DNA of 64,000 nucleotides from Octopus bimaculoides. Lineage: Eukaryota. Positions 63,636 to 64,000 of this stretch are shown piece after piece. A program made the translations under genes and the position numbers. Each line of letters opens with the position of its first letter. The first letter of the stretch is position 1. The stretch is taken from positions 54,703,939-54,767,938 of the forward strand of contig NC_068984.1 of NCBI RefSeq assembly GCF_001194135.2. The letters run 5' to 3'. The notes beneath the pieces are model-generated. The model ran no database searches. It was not told the origin of the DNA and saw only the letters and a list, made by a program, of their open reading frames with translations.

Positions 63636-64000
63636 CAGTAGTTTTATTTTTATAACGTGCTTTCACTTCACTACCGAGCGCAGCTCTGTGCGCCTTGGGT
63701 ATGTGCTGTGGTTTGCTGTGGTGCTCTTATGTTTACTGTATTGAAAGTGTTTTGCGTAGAATGTGTGCAGTACCCAGTAGTGCAATTTTCTGTATGTTAT
63801 ATATATTTGTAAGTCCTGGTGTTTTTGTTATGTATTTGTCTGAATATTTTTTTTATTATACCTAAGGCACCTACTATGATAGGAATTGTTTCTGTTTTTA
63901 GATTCCACATTCGAGTTATCTCTATTTCCAGGTCTTTGTATTTTGAAAGTTTTTCCATTTCTTTTAGAGAAACGTTGTCATCTGCTGGTATTGAAACATC
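63636..64000 (-). mobile_element. R4/Dong-like 3' end (runs off window), near-identical to 20030-20252
   Basis: DVSIPADDNVSLKEMEKLSKYKDLEIEITRMWNLKTETIPIIVGALG; same 3'UTR ending AAACTACTG|AATAAT; +1 A in the poly-A run. Confidence 0.9.

Overview
Eukaryotic, AT-rich, repeat-dominated scaffold segment with 13 N-gaps, each next to a simple repeat. The SINE families and microsatellite load resemble a coleoid cephalopod, probably Octopus; this is inferred from remembered repeat sequences, not from a search. No intact host gene is recognisable, and most track ORFs are microsatellite or gap artefacts. Only weak candidate exons are supportable. The window is a mosaic of decayed mobile elements: at least three modular tRNA-headed SINE families; Penelope-like (RT and GIY-YIG) remnants; R4/Dong-like, HERO, RTE and Tx1/L1 non-LTR fragments; three mariner copies (two cecropia/Hsmar1-like, one full-length irritans-like); a DUF4817/rosa-like 5' fragment; a Chapaev3 remnant; and two MITEs. 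The most interesting signal is centred on (TAA)n tracts. A short non-coding element (tRNA B-box remnant, internal (TAA)n, minimal type I hammerhead ribozyme, stem-loop tail) occurs three times, including a head-to-head inverted dimer. (TAA)n tracts, in that element and in SINE tails, are repeatedly occupied by near-identical Dong-like 3' ends and by a ~557 bp non-coding element. Coordinates of decayed repeats are approximate.
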